Positions 13,555-25,505 of a DNA stretch of 64,000 bases are shown in pieces. Position 1 is the first letter of the stretch, and the number at the start of each line of letters is the position of its first letter. This DNA is from Camelus dromedarius. Lineage: Eukaryota. The stretch is from the NCBI RefSeq assembly GCF_036321535.1, contig NC_087437.1, positions 121,956,001 through 122,020,000 of the forward strand. Reading direction: 5' to 3'. A model generated the notes under the pieces. The model was not told where the DNA came from and did no database searches. It was given only the letters and a program-made list of their open reading frames with translations. The translations under genes and the position numbers were made by a program.

Positions 13555-14541
13555 GTTAGTGCCCGTGGGGGCGGTCGGGTCCGCCACCCAAGGGTGATTT
13601 CATGCTTTTAATTTAAACAAAGTCATCGAACATGAAAGTGAGCTTTACAGCATCCGTGTCTGTTTGCCGCGTTCCTTGAGGGGGTGGACTCAGCGTTCTG
13701 CGTTGGCTGAATGATATCCATGAGCGTGGAGACTGCCGTGAGCTTCACGGGAGCAGGCGGAGGCCACGCCAGGGCCGCAGCGCTGGGGACAGGGCTGGGG
13801 GTGAGGGGCCTGTGGCTGTCCTACAAGGCAGGGTCGGGGTGCAGGGGGTCAGGCCCACTCGCGCTCTCCTTGAGAGGAGAGCCCCATCCAGGGAACTGCG
13901 GGGACATGGGCACAGAGGGCTGGCACTGGCCTGTCTGGCCGCTCCCCGAGGAGGCCAAGGACTTGGGCTGGGCTAGGCCCTTCCTCCTGCTGCTTCTCGG
14001 CCTGCCTTGCAGCCGGAGAGATGCCTCAGGCCGAGTCCAGGGGAGATGGCTCTGGAGGGCCCGACCTGTCCCCGGGGGTGGGTGAGGCTGGCGGTGCCTG
14101 TGCCGCCCCGCATGCCTCTCCTGCACCCTCGCCCAGCTCCCTGCACCTCTATGGGTCGGCCTCCCTGGGGGCGGGTGCTGCTTGGTCTCTCCGTGCTGAG
14201 GGTCGCCTGCCCACCCCCGGGCTGTGGGGAGCAGCCAGGCAGCAGGTGGATGCTGGCCCAGACCCTGGCCCATAAGGTAGGTCTTCAGTGCTGCTCCTCC
14301 CCTCCCTCCAGGCCGTGTCTGCACAGGAGGGGCTCCCGGGAGAACCCACCAGCCTCTCCTGAGCCCCTGTGGGGTCTGGGTAGTTCAAGGAGAGTGACCC
14401 TTTGTGGGGGGAACATGGGGGCGACCCTACCTTCCTGGAAGCGCTGGGGGCTCTGTGGGCCCCGCTGTGTGCCTGCGTCCACCAGGCCGGCGCAGGGTTT
14501 TTTGTTTTGGTTTTTGTTTTGTTCCTTCATTCAGTTCTTTC

Positions 14542-14927
14542 TTTTTTTTAAAATTGAAGTATAGTTGATTTACAGTGTGCTGTTAGTTTCTGGTGTACAG
14601 CATAGTAATTCAGTCATACATATATATTCTTCTACATTAGAGCTTATTACAAGCTATTGAATATAGTTCTCTGTGCTGTACAGTAAGACCTTGTTGTTTA
14701 TCTATTTTACATATAGTAGTTTGTATTTGCTAATCCCAAATCCCAATTTATCCCTCCCTGCCTTTCCCCTTTGGTAACCAGAAGTTTGTTTTCTACTAAG
14801 TGAAGTGAATCAGACAGAGAAAGACAAATACCATATGACATCACTTATATGTGGAATCTAAAAAAATGACACAAATGGACTTATTTACAAAACAGAAATA
14901 GACTCACAGACGTAGAAAACAAACTTA
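14542..14927 (-). mobile_element. 5'-inverted (twin-primed) L1 3'-end insertion
   Basis: Poly-T plus antisense L1 3' UTR at 14542-14795, joined to the sense-oriented upstream segment at 14796-14927 (ctaagtgaag...tgtggaatctaaaaaaatgacacaaatgg). Confidence 0.8.
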
Positions 14928-16639
14928 ACTGCCCGGGTTTTGGCACTCGGCCCAGGCTGTGGGTCGAGACGAGTGTTGAGATTATCCAGGCACTGCTGCC
15001 GAGGTGAGCGGAGTAGCTCCCATCTGATTCACAGTTGACCTTGGACCAGTTCCCTCAGGTTGAATCCCAGCTTCACCCCGTGTCTCCTGAGTGACCTTGA
15101 CCTGGGGGCGCCCTCCTGGTGCCCAGAGTTCCCGACATGGCAGTGCCTCTGCAGGGGCTGGTGCGAGCATACAGGGGCTGCTACTCCCACAGCCAGGGCA
15201 ACCTTGGCAGCTCCTAAGATTCCTTTTCTAAAGAAAAATTAAGGGAAATATTTAGTGTGCAAATTTTATGTGCATTTAGTGAGTTGATGAGCATTAGAGC
15301 TTTAGACAAGTTTCCAGATGCCAGCTGGAGGTGTGTGTGTTGGTATCTTGTATGTAAAGTGAGACAGGAACGTGTGTGGGAATCCACGCGTGTCCCTCAC
15401 GCACACACGCCTGCATACAGATGCAGGCACATCTACCCCGCCCCGATCCAGAGGGGCCCTTGCCCCGGGGCGTTCTGCCACATCTGGGAGCAGCCTATGC
15501 CTCCCCTCTACGGGGGACCATCTTAATTACCCCTCTGTCTTCAAGGCCAAGTCTGATGCCAGCCCATCTTGCTGGGGTCTGGGCTGCTGTGGGACCCTGT
15601 CAAGCTGGAGGTGGCTGCCCTTGCGGCCAGGCGTTTGTGCTCCAGGTGGACGAGCAGTGTGAGCCAATGGCCTCCGTGGGCAGGTGACTGCACATCGGTG
15701 ACCACTGCAGGGTGGCTGGGGTGCTGTCGGGGAGGGCCGGGGAGCCAGGCTGGGGCCCAGCAGACCCTTCCAGCAGCGGCAGCCGGGTCCTTGGGTTAGC
15801 GTGAGCCCTTGGCGGGTGTAAAGCCGGGATCAGATGTGATCAGATGTTTTGTTTTAGAAAAATGATGTTCCTGAAATGAAGTTGGTAGAAACAACAGCTT
15901 AAAATATTAGAACAACACAGATGAACAGAGGGAAATGCTCAGGTTAAACCCAAGTCAGCACCTGCATGGAGGAGCTGTATGCCAGCCACAGGCTCTGAAG
16001 AGGCCCTGGGCTCGGGAGGCTTCTCAGTGTCTGCCATCCCAGGGCCCCAGGGACTCCCACTTCAGGGCTGGTCACCAGGGGCTCCCTCGCCTCCAGCCCA
16101 GACACAGCTTCAGCCGGGCATCGTGGGGACTCCCTGGGGGACACTGACCTTCTCCAGAGTGACCAGGATGATGCTTAAGGGTCAGAGAAAATGAAGCAAG
16201 TCATCAGTCCTGAATCAGGGCAGGCGATTCTCCTCCCTCGCAGCCCTGAGTGGGGAAGGCTTGGCGGTGTTCAGTCTGGTCACTGTGCCAAGAGTAATGT
16301 TTTCAGCTGGGCGCTGCAGGGGGCCTCGAGGAGACTCTGCTGAGAAACAGGTCATGGGGAACGTTGTTGGGCAGAGGCTAGTTTGCCTTTTAAGTGTGGA
16401 AATGCCAAGGGCACCTTTAAGGGACTTTACCCCATTCCCTGCTCCTCGCGGTCCTGACACAGCCGCCCCCCCCCCCCGCCGTTGGAGGTCACCGCAGAGG
16501 CGCAGGGCCTCTAGCTGCCCCCAGGGCGCAGGGTCAGGCCACTGGAGTCACTAACGGCTCATAGACTCAGTTCTCTCCTCCTCAGAAGTCGCACTCTGTG
16601 CGGGAGGTTGCCTGGTGTCCCTCCAGGTTCCTGTGTGAC

Positions 16640-16883
16640 TGCCTCTGGAGACTGGCCTTTGGAGAGGTCATTAGGGTTGAATGAGATCCTCAGGGTGTGG
16701 CCTTATGAGACCAGCAGGAGAACCCAGCACTTTCCCCAGCATGAGGACGGGGCCTCCCTGGGGACCCACCACGCCAGTGCCCTGGGCCCGGAAGTCCAGC
16801 CTCCAGAACAGGGAGAGACAGTGTCTGTCCTTAAAGCCGCCCCATCTGTGGTGGAGTCACGGCTGCCCGAGGTGACCAGGACA
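16640..16883 (+). mobile_element. MaLR LTR (MLT1-like)
   Basis: gcctttggagaggtcattagggttgaatgagatcctcagggtgtggcc...ccagcctccagaac...aagccgccccatctgtggt...gaccaggaca. Confidence 0.7.
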
Positions 16884-17344
16884 CCATGTTTTGGGTGTGT
16901 GCATTGTGGGAGAGTGACCGGAGCTGCCCTGGGTGCAGGCCCCGTGGTCCCAGACCACTTGCTGGTCGTCGGAAAGGCCAGAGGGACGGGCAGCTGCCTC
17001 TTTATACCCTGAAGGCTGGGCTGTTGCCAGGGCGCTGCCTACCAGAGGGAGCCTCTCTGCCCTTCAGGCCTCAGGGCTCATGACCTTGGGGATTGTTTCG
17101 AGCTGGGGCTTCTTTTTTTTAACCACATGGGAAGGCCGCCACGCAATCAACCAGAAAAAGCGGAGTTCCCACTGCTGCGCGTCAGGCAGGTGTGCAAATG
17201 TATAAACACACGTCCACCTGCCTACCCGTCATCTATCGTCTGCGCACTCACACGCACGTGCACACATTCACGCTTGTACACGCAATGCAGTGCGCACACA
17301 CACAGTCCTCTCTTCTGACCCTAAAAGCAGCTCTCAGGTGGTCA

Positions 17345-17940
17345 TTTTTCTCCTTTTTCTTTATTGAGACATAATTTACATAATATAAAAATAACCATTT
17401 AAAAACGTACAGTTCAGTGGCACTGAGCACATGACAATGTTGTGCAGCCACCATGTCCGTCTGGTTTCCAGACGTGGTCATCACCCCAAAATACAGCCCC
17501 GGCCTTATGAGGCAGGCGCCCCCAGCCTAGCCCGCCCCCCCCCCCCCCGTGCCTGCGGCCCGCTTGCCTGTTCTAGATGCTGCATATGAGCAGGCCCTGC
17601 AGCATGTGGACTCTGTGTCTGGCTCTTTCCCTTCGCACTTCTGGGGGTTTTCCACATGGTAGTGGGTTCCAGAACTTCGTTCCTACAGGTGAAGAGTGTC
17701 CCATCATGTGGATGGACCAGATATGCTTCCCCTTCTCTGTCGTGGACACGTGGCCTTTCCCTGCCGTTCGCGTGTGCGTGGTGCTGCCGTGAATACTCTT
17801 GTACCAGTTTTTGTTTGAACGCCAGTTTTCACTTCTTTGGGACGTTTCCTAAGAGTGGACTTGGCAGGTCACGTGGTTGTTACATGTCCCTTTATGGAGG
17901 AACTGCCAGCCCGTTTTCCACGGCAGCCGCACCACTCTGC
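17345..17940 (-). mobile_element. Old L1 (L1MB-like) 3' fragment, antisense
   Basis: ctttattgagacataatttacataatataaaataaccatttaaaaacgtacagttcagtggc...aggaactgccagcccgttttcca. Confidence 0.75.
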
Positions 17941-18585
17941 CTCCCTGGGGGGCACCCTCTTGGCCCCATTTTAGTAAATGAAGGACCCAGAGGAACGTGC
18001 TCAGGTGACAGAGGCAGGTCTGCGTTGGCTCACTGTATGGAGGACCTGGCCAGGCCCCTGCTCCTGCCCTGGACACGGTCAGTCCCCGGCCAGGCCCCCG
18101 CAAGTGGAGCAGTGACACGGGCACTGAAGGGGCTCGGGGAGGAGGGCTGTCGGGGCGGGAGGAGGGAAGGGCCCTCCGAGGGTTGAGGGTGAGCGGAGCC
18201 CCAGGGAGCACAGATGAGCTGTCAGGGTTTGGGGTTTTGTGTGACTGTTTGAGGAGGTGCCTGTGCTCTCTGGTCCCTGCTGCTCCCCAGGCTGGCCAGA
18301 GCCACGGCCAGTGTCCTTGCCAGGACGTGCCAGCTTCTGTCTGTTGGGCTGCTCCCGGCACCCATGCTGGTGGAACTGCCTTCTCACCGTGTTCAGGGGG
18401 AGACCCCCGGGCCATGGCCCTGGCCGAGCCCTGCGGCCAGCGGCCTGTCCCCGGCCATTGCTCTCACCTGTCCCCCGGCCCGTTCTGCTCCTGTTCCGCA
18501 GCAGAGCGCCTCACCCCGATGGAGACCTCTGTGGCGGGAGCCTTCACGTTTGGAATGTGGTTACTGACTTCGCTTTTACTTACAG

Positions 18586-18693
18586 CAAGTTGCTGAAGGC
18601 GGTTCAGTTTCGCGGTGACAGTCATTAGCAGGGTTCTTGTTACTTAGCATCAGACTGTGGGGCAGAGTCATGGATTCCGATGGGGCAAAGCAG
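18586..18693 (+). other. Candidate exon with strong 3' splice site (108 nt)
   Basis: Branch point TACTGAC at 18562-18568, pyrimidine tract, CAG| acceptor; donor CAG|GTACAT. Contains a Kozak-context ATG at 18670. Confidence 0.3.
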
Positions 18694-21600
18694 GTACATT
18701 TGAAGGGAGATTCATTCACATTTTCTGGCATATCATTATCACCTTCTTGTGTGATAGTTTCCTGGTAATTCAACTTGATTTAGTGAAAGATATCAACGTG
18801 CCTTTTCTTCCTAAGTTGTGGAGATTTAAATTTGTTCAGCAAAGGAAGCAGTGAAGGTGGCTCAGAACACTCCTATTTAATGCACACATTGCCTGGGAAG
18901 CTGGGAGTTTTACCTCCTGGGAACTTTCATCGCTTGCCCAGCGGACAGGAGCCGGTGGCAGTGCACCCGGAGGCCCTGAGCCAGACGTGGCCCCTCTTCC
19001 TGCCGGTGTAGACAGACGTCTGGGGCCACCGCTGCGCCCTGGCCCGTGAGCGCAAACCCGCAGAGGGCAGATGTTGTGGGCTGTTCGGCAGAGGGGCCGC
19101 AGCGGCACCCGGCTCTGGGTAAGGTCCTGCGGGCCTGCGGTCTCCACCCTCCTTCTTGGGGCCCTGTGGGTCCCGGGCCTGTGAGATGCTCTCCCCCGGG
19201 GCGCTCCTGCCTTTAGTCTGAGATTTAAATCCAGTGGGGAGGTGTTCCACCTGCTCCTCGGGTGGGGGCCGGCCCTCCCACGCCTGTGCCTGGAGCACCT
19301 GCTCCCTGTGTGCAGGGCTGGCTGGGAGCCCTCCAGGGAGCCCTCGCTCCCCGTGGGCTGGTCACTCGAATCCTGTAACCTCCTGCCGGGGCGACTGTTG
19401 TATCTGCATCACCAGAGAAGGAACTGGCATTTGGATGATTTCAGCAGCTTCTTGAAAATGCTGGAAGACGCTAGTGCCCGAGGGGCGTGCAGGTGGGCCT
19501 GGCGCTGCCCGCCCCGCCCCCGGCTGCAGGGTCTCCTTCAGGCCCCGGAGCCCGACACTCTTGTGCAGATTGCCCAGACCTCATCTAAAGCACTTGACGT
19601 TCTATCAGAACGTTGCTTCTCAGTGCTCTTGCTGTCCTTGCTTTTAGAAGGCCGCCGTGCACTCCTTAAATCTCTTGTTCCATCAGTTTTGTGTTCGTTC
19701 TCTCTGAAAGCACATGGCGGGCTGCTGACTGAAACCCCTTGTGTTTCCTTTTCCACACGACTCTGAGCATGTGTTCATCCTCTCCCTCCTGCTGGGCCTT
19801 TGTGTTTTCTTTGCATGGCAGAATGTTTTCCATGCCTTCTGTGTCTCTGTTTGCTTGTGCCTGAAGGGGACATCAGTCAGTCCTGCCTTACCTGCGCCCC
19901 AGAGTGTGTGGTCATGTTCTGCAAGCCCCTCCTCTGTCGCCGGGGTCCTCTCTTAGGTCCTTGGACTTTGAGCTGGGTGACAGTCCCTTCGGCTGGGCCT
20001 CACATGAATTTGGGAGCCAGCAGTCCATAGGCTGTCGGGGGAAGCTCCCTGGCCCCGCATTTCTCTGAGGCCAGTGTCTCCTCGCCCTGGCCCCCATGCC
20101 CACACTGTTTCTGGAAGGACTTCAGAGGGGCCTCGGAATTCCAGCCCCCATGCTGTCACCTGAGAGCTGGCAGAAGGGCCTCCACGAGTGTGGCCCTGAG
20201 TGTTTGTTGTCCTGATTTCTTTGCTGGTCTCATTAGGAATCTGGGAGTGGGAGTGAATGGTGTGGCTGGCCACAGCCTCCCCCGGACCCGGTCCCCCCTC
20301 GTGTTCAGCTGGGCTCTGCATCGCTGCTCTCGTTGTCTGGAACCATGCTTTGGCTTTCGTAACATCTCGCTTTTCCCATGTTCATGCTCAGCAGATGATC
20401 CCGTTTGAGGCCAGGTGGACGGGCTAACCAGTCATTCCACACAGGGTCCCCCAGGCGACGTGTTCAGTGACCTCACTGGCTTTTATTTGAAGCACACGGC
20501 GGGGCGGGTGTTCAGTAAAGACGCCGAGAGCTGGGCTGCCTGTGACTCACCGTGGAGGCTAGCGGGTGGCGGGAGCGCGGCAGGTGTGCGCACGTCCTGA
20601 GCCGCGTATTGTCCCAAGCCGGGGTGGTGCAGTGTCACTGGGCAGTGAGGCTGTGAGAACAGCACTGTGGTGCAGCACCCCGGCCCCGCTGCAGCCAGGA
20701 GAGGCCGCCCCACCAGGTCCCATGACGCCTTCTCGTCCACGAGCCCTGAGCTTGTGGCCCTGACCCTGGAGAGTGTGGCACGGAGGGTGGGAGGGCAGGC
20801 CTGAGATTGGGGAGCTGTGTCACAGATGTGTCTCTGGGGCTGCATGTGGCATCCCCAGAACCCGGGGTGGGGGCTGAGGGTTCCAGGGTGGGCTCAGGAG
20901 GGAAAGCTCTGCGGGGATCTCAGCAGCAGATCCTGAGAGGCTCTGTCAGCTGGGCCCCAGGGGCCGGGTGGATGGCCCCCCCCCCACCAGAAATGATATA
21001 GGAGCATGGCCAAGTGTCGGGGGGCCCAGGGGACGCTCCAGATTGCATTCAGTTCCGAGGTCCTGGAATCACAGGAGATATATTTTAGATGGCAGATTCA
21101 GCTATATTCATGTCCTCTGGAAAATATATATTTGAATTTAGTTTTTATATTTGAGGATAAAATAGGCCAGTACAGTTGAGCACAGCCAGTCCTGTTTAGC
21201 ACAGGAGCGAGTTCAGTGTGTTTAATCCATCAGACAGGCATTCTCACCAGACCGGAGACCTGGGCAGGTTGCCCCCAAATCCCCGTCCTACCCTTCCCTT
21301 GGCTTCGTAGCAGGCTTGGACACTTTTGGTTAAGGAATGGGTTTTTTGTTTTTTGTTTTTTTTTTTTTAAGATCTGCATTAGTTTCCAAATATTAGCTAA
21401 ATCAAGACAGATGCAAACCCTAGATACTGGAGCAACCAAGCCTTCCTCTAGGCCAAAATGACCTGATTTTCTTATTTTTTTCTAGATATGGAGAAGATCA
21501 TATTTTCCCTTACATTCCTTTGGGATACACAGTTTTCCCAGTGAATTTCCGCTTTTGTCTGACACCCATCACCCATGCCCTGAAAACCTTGTGCTTCCTC

Positions 21601-21859
21601 ATCTCTGTTTTCCCAGAAGTTGCTGCTGAAGACAGAGCAGGGGTCCTCTGCTAACTTCACCTCATAGAGGCGAGCCCCTGGGAGTTCAAAACGCCCCCTC
21701 TCCCTCTAAGCTTCTTATCTGGGACCAGCTGTGCAGGAGATGGAGCGATGAGGGTGGCGTCGTTGGGAAGAGGGTTTAATTACCAGCAGGCTCGCAGCTG
21801 AAGTGCGCGCAGAACATCTGTGGCGGAGCCGGTCTGAGCTGTGACATACGTCCGAGTGA

Positions 21860-24800
21860 CTTCAGATCACACCACGTGTGCTCTCTGACCGCGGCGGAAG
21901 CCCTTGAGAAATCAGTAATAGGACGGGGTCTGGAAATCCTCAAATACCTGCGCGTTAGACAGCACACTTCTAAACAACCCCTGTGTCAAGAAGAGACCCC
22001 CACAGAAATGAGTGCCTGGGGATGAGGACACAACATATCCAGATATTTGGGGAGCAGCTAAAGCAGCGCTTAAAGGAAACTTCAAGGACTGAAGACTGAC
22101 CAGTAATGAATAGTCTCAAGTTAGCGTCTTCAGCTATCCCCTTAAAGAACCAGAAGAACATCAAATTAAAGTAAGCCGAATAAGGGAAATAGTAAGAATC
22201 AAAACAGAAATTAATGGAGCATAAGCCAGAAACAACAATAGAGAAAATCAGTGAAAGCAAATGGCGGTTCTTTATGAAAATCAATAAACTTGATAAACCT
22301 CTGGCCAGACGCAGGAAAAAGTGGATATACCGTGATCAGCTCTATGCCAACACATTAAATTACTTAGATGAAATGTACACATTTTTTGAAAGACAATACC
22401 AAAGCCAACTCAAGTAGAGGCTATTTACCCGAATTCTCCTATATGTATTTAAAAATTAAATTTTTATTGTAAACCTCTGCCCAGGAAAAGCCCCAGGCCC
22501 AAACGGCTTTACTAGTGCACTTTATCAAATATTTAAGGAAGAAATAGTGCTAAGTGTGCTTTCTCTTCCAGAAGATCGAAAAGGAGGGAATAGAAGGATC
22601 ATTCTGATTCCTTCTATGATCATCAGAATGATCCTAAATCATTCTGAGTCCAGTATTACCCTGATCGTTAAACTGTTACCAAGCCCAAACTCGTTCTGCT
22701 CACCACATGACAGACCAATAAATCGGGAGACAAGTTGTTGGGGCAAGGAACAGCAACTTTATTTGGAAAGCCGGCAGACCGAGAGGATGGCAGACTAATG
22801 CCTTGGAGAACCATCCTCCCCACGTCAGAATACAGGCTCCTTTTATACAGAAACAGAGGAGCGGGTGTGGTTGGTTGTTGCAGACTTTTTGGTGTAGGAA
22901 TTCTTTGTTCTTGCAGCTGTCCATGTGGGTCAGGTCATGGTGCTCCTGCAAAACCTCCAACAAAACAAATGTTATTCTCTGTTCTGAAACTTGTTATCTT
23001 TATGTGAGTGCAGAGCTAGCAAGACTAAGCGCAGAAAACAGGACACACGGTTAAAGCCAAAGGAACAGATCTCATATGGAGTCAGATTTGTTCTTGTCTA
23101 TTACAAAACCAGGCAAAGGCATTAGAAGAGAAGAAAGCTGGAGGCAAAAATTCCTTGTGAACATACATGGACAAAATTTTAGCAAATTGAATGCGGCGTA
23201 TTGTAAAAGTAATTGAGGTTTATTCCAGAAATTCAGAGTACCTTTTGCATTCTAAAATTAATTGACATAACTCATCATATTAACAGACTAAAAGCAAAAA
23301 ACAGTGTCCTCTCAGTATATGCGGTACAAGTGTTTGATAACATTCAACACCCATTCTGGATAAAACCTTTCAGGACACTAGTATCAGGGATGCTTCCAAT
23401 GAAGGACATCTGTGACAGAGCCAGAGCTGGCACTGTGGTCGTCACAGCGAGACCCTGGGCATCCCCACAGGCAAGAGTGCAGCAAGGACACGTGCTCTCA
23501 CCTCTCCTGCTAAATACTTTCCAGAGGTTCTAGCAAGTTCACTGAGAAATAAAAGGCGTTGAAAGTGGAAAGAAGTAAAACGATCTGTACTCTCAGCCAG
23601 CATGTCTGTCTGTGTAAGACACCCTACAGCATCGAAAAGGGGCTTCAGGAAGAACTGAGCTCAGTGAGGTGACAGGATACAGGGTACGAAAATCAGCTGT
23701 ATTTCTCTATTCTGTCAACAAATGATTAGAAATGGAAAAAGTGCTATTTTCAATAGCAAAACATTACTGAAAGGAATTGTTGAGTGGAGAGATAAACCGC
23801 CGCTCATGGTTCCGAAGACTCAGTATAGTTAAGATGTTAACTCTCCACAAGTTGGTCCATGGATTCAGCGGACTCTCAAGTAGAATTCCAACTGGTGTTT
23901 TGGTAGAAATTTGACGACTTATTACTTGGTTTCATGGTTTATTATAAGCTACAGTAATCAAGACAATGTGATATTGGTGTTAAGACAGACAAGCAGATCA
24001 GTGGATTGGAACAGAGAGTTCAGAAATAGACTTACACAGGGGTGGTCAGTTAGTTTTCAACAACAGTGCTAAGGCACAATTTAGTGGGAAAAGGGCTAGT
24101 TTTTTCGAAAACATGGTGCTGGAATAATTATACATTTAGATGCAAGAAAAAAGACCTTTGATTCGTATCTCCCATCATGTATAAAAATTAAAGTAGATCA
24201 GAAGTCTAAAATTCAACACTATGAGACGTCAAGGACAATACGTGAGATATTTTTTGTGACATCGCGTTAGGCAAAGTTTTCTTAGTTATGACATTAAAAG
24301 CATTTCCATAAACAAGTTCCTAACTTGGAATTAAGTGAAACATTTTCAAAATTTTCTGCTCTCCAAAAGACATTGTTAAGAGAATGGAAAGACAAGTCAC
24401 AGACTGCGAGAAAACATTTGCAAATCTCACGTATCTGGAAAGTATAAGAGACTCCTAGAATGTAATGCTGAGGGAAAAAACAATCTGATTACAAGTGACC
24501 AGAAGTCCACTTCGCCAAAGAAAATATGTGGATGGCAGATAAGTACATGAACAGAAGTCCAGCATCGTTGCTCATTAGCATATGCAAATTCAGTCCACAG
24601 TGAGCTACCACCTGGTGTGACCCCACATGCTGGGCATTGGCAAAGTTGGAGAACATCTCATACTGCTTGTGAGAATGTAAGATAGCACATTTACTTTGGA
24701 AAGCATTTTGGCAATTAAGCCAAAAAGCTAATTCAATATACGTCCACCAGCCATTCCACTATTAGGTGTCTACCCAGGAGTGATGAAAGCATGTGTCCAT

Positions 24801-24968
24801 ACAAAGCTCTGAACAGGAACATTGCAGAAATTTGTCTTTAATAGCTAAAATAATAAAATACTGGAAACGTCCATCCATCAATGAATGAATACGCAGTGAC
24901 ACTGGTATATGATCACACAGTGACATTGGGACTGGCAAAAGAATTATGCTGAGTAAAAGTAGTCAGAC
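21860..24968 (+). mobile_element. Old LINE-1 ORF2/3' region (pseudogenised), interrupted by an LTR
   Basis: L1 ORF2-like peptides in the ORF track: KPETTIEKISESKWRFFMKINKLDKPLAR...QLYANTLNYLDEM (22214) and KLIDITHHINRLKAKN...FDNIQHPFWIK (23213). Many stops and frameshifts. Confidence 0.9.
22674..23105 (-). mobile_element. ERV1-like solo LTR (432 bp) with 4-bp TSD AAAC
   Basis: TGTTA...TTACA termini; AAAC on both sides (22670-22673, 23106-23109); minus-strand TATAAAAG (22840-22847) upstream of AATAAA (22758-22763). Interrupts L1 ORF2. Homologous to 54876-55399. Confidence 0.88.
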
Positions 24969-24969
24969 C

Positions 24970-25372
24970 AGTGCAGTTTGGTGCAGCCACTGTGGAAAAC
25001 AGTATGGAGATTCCTCAGAAGACTAGGAATAGACCTACCATATGACCCAGGAATCCCGCTCCTGAGCATATATCCAGAAGGAACCCAACTTCAAAAAGAC
25101 ACTTGCACCCCAGTGTTCATAGCAGCACTATTTACAATAGCCAAGACATGGAAACAGCCTAAATGTCCATCAACAGATGACTGGATAAAGAAGTGTGGTG
25201 TATTTATACAATGGAATACTATTCAGCCATAAAAATGACAACATTACGCCATTTGCAGCAACATGGATGTCCCTGGAGAATGTCATTCTAAGTGAAGTAA
25301 GCCAGAAAGAGAAAGAAAAATACCATATGAGATCGCTCATACGTGGAATCTAAAAAAAAAGAACATAAACAC
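24970..25372 (+). mobile_element. Younger LINE-1 ORF2 C-terminal fragment
   Basis: Translates to [32 protein letters not shown]...FIAALFTIAKTWKQPKCPSTDDWIKK, the canonical L1 ORF2p C-terminus. Ends at tggaatctaa followed by an A-run. Confidence 0.93.
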
Positions 25373-25394
25373 GAATAACCTTGAATAGGTGATT

Positions 25395-25505
25395 TTATTC
25401 TCTCTGGACCTCTGTCTTCGCACCTCCAAATAAGAAGTTCAGATTAACTGATGCATGCTCAAAGATCTCTTCCAGTTTTAAAATTCTCTGAGTTTATGAT
25501 TCTGT
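25395..25505. mobile_element. MIR-family SINE fragment
   Basis: ctctctggacctctgtcttcgcacctccaaataag...aagatctcttccagttttaaaattctctgagtttatgattct resembles the MIR core and tail. Confidence 0.55.
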
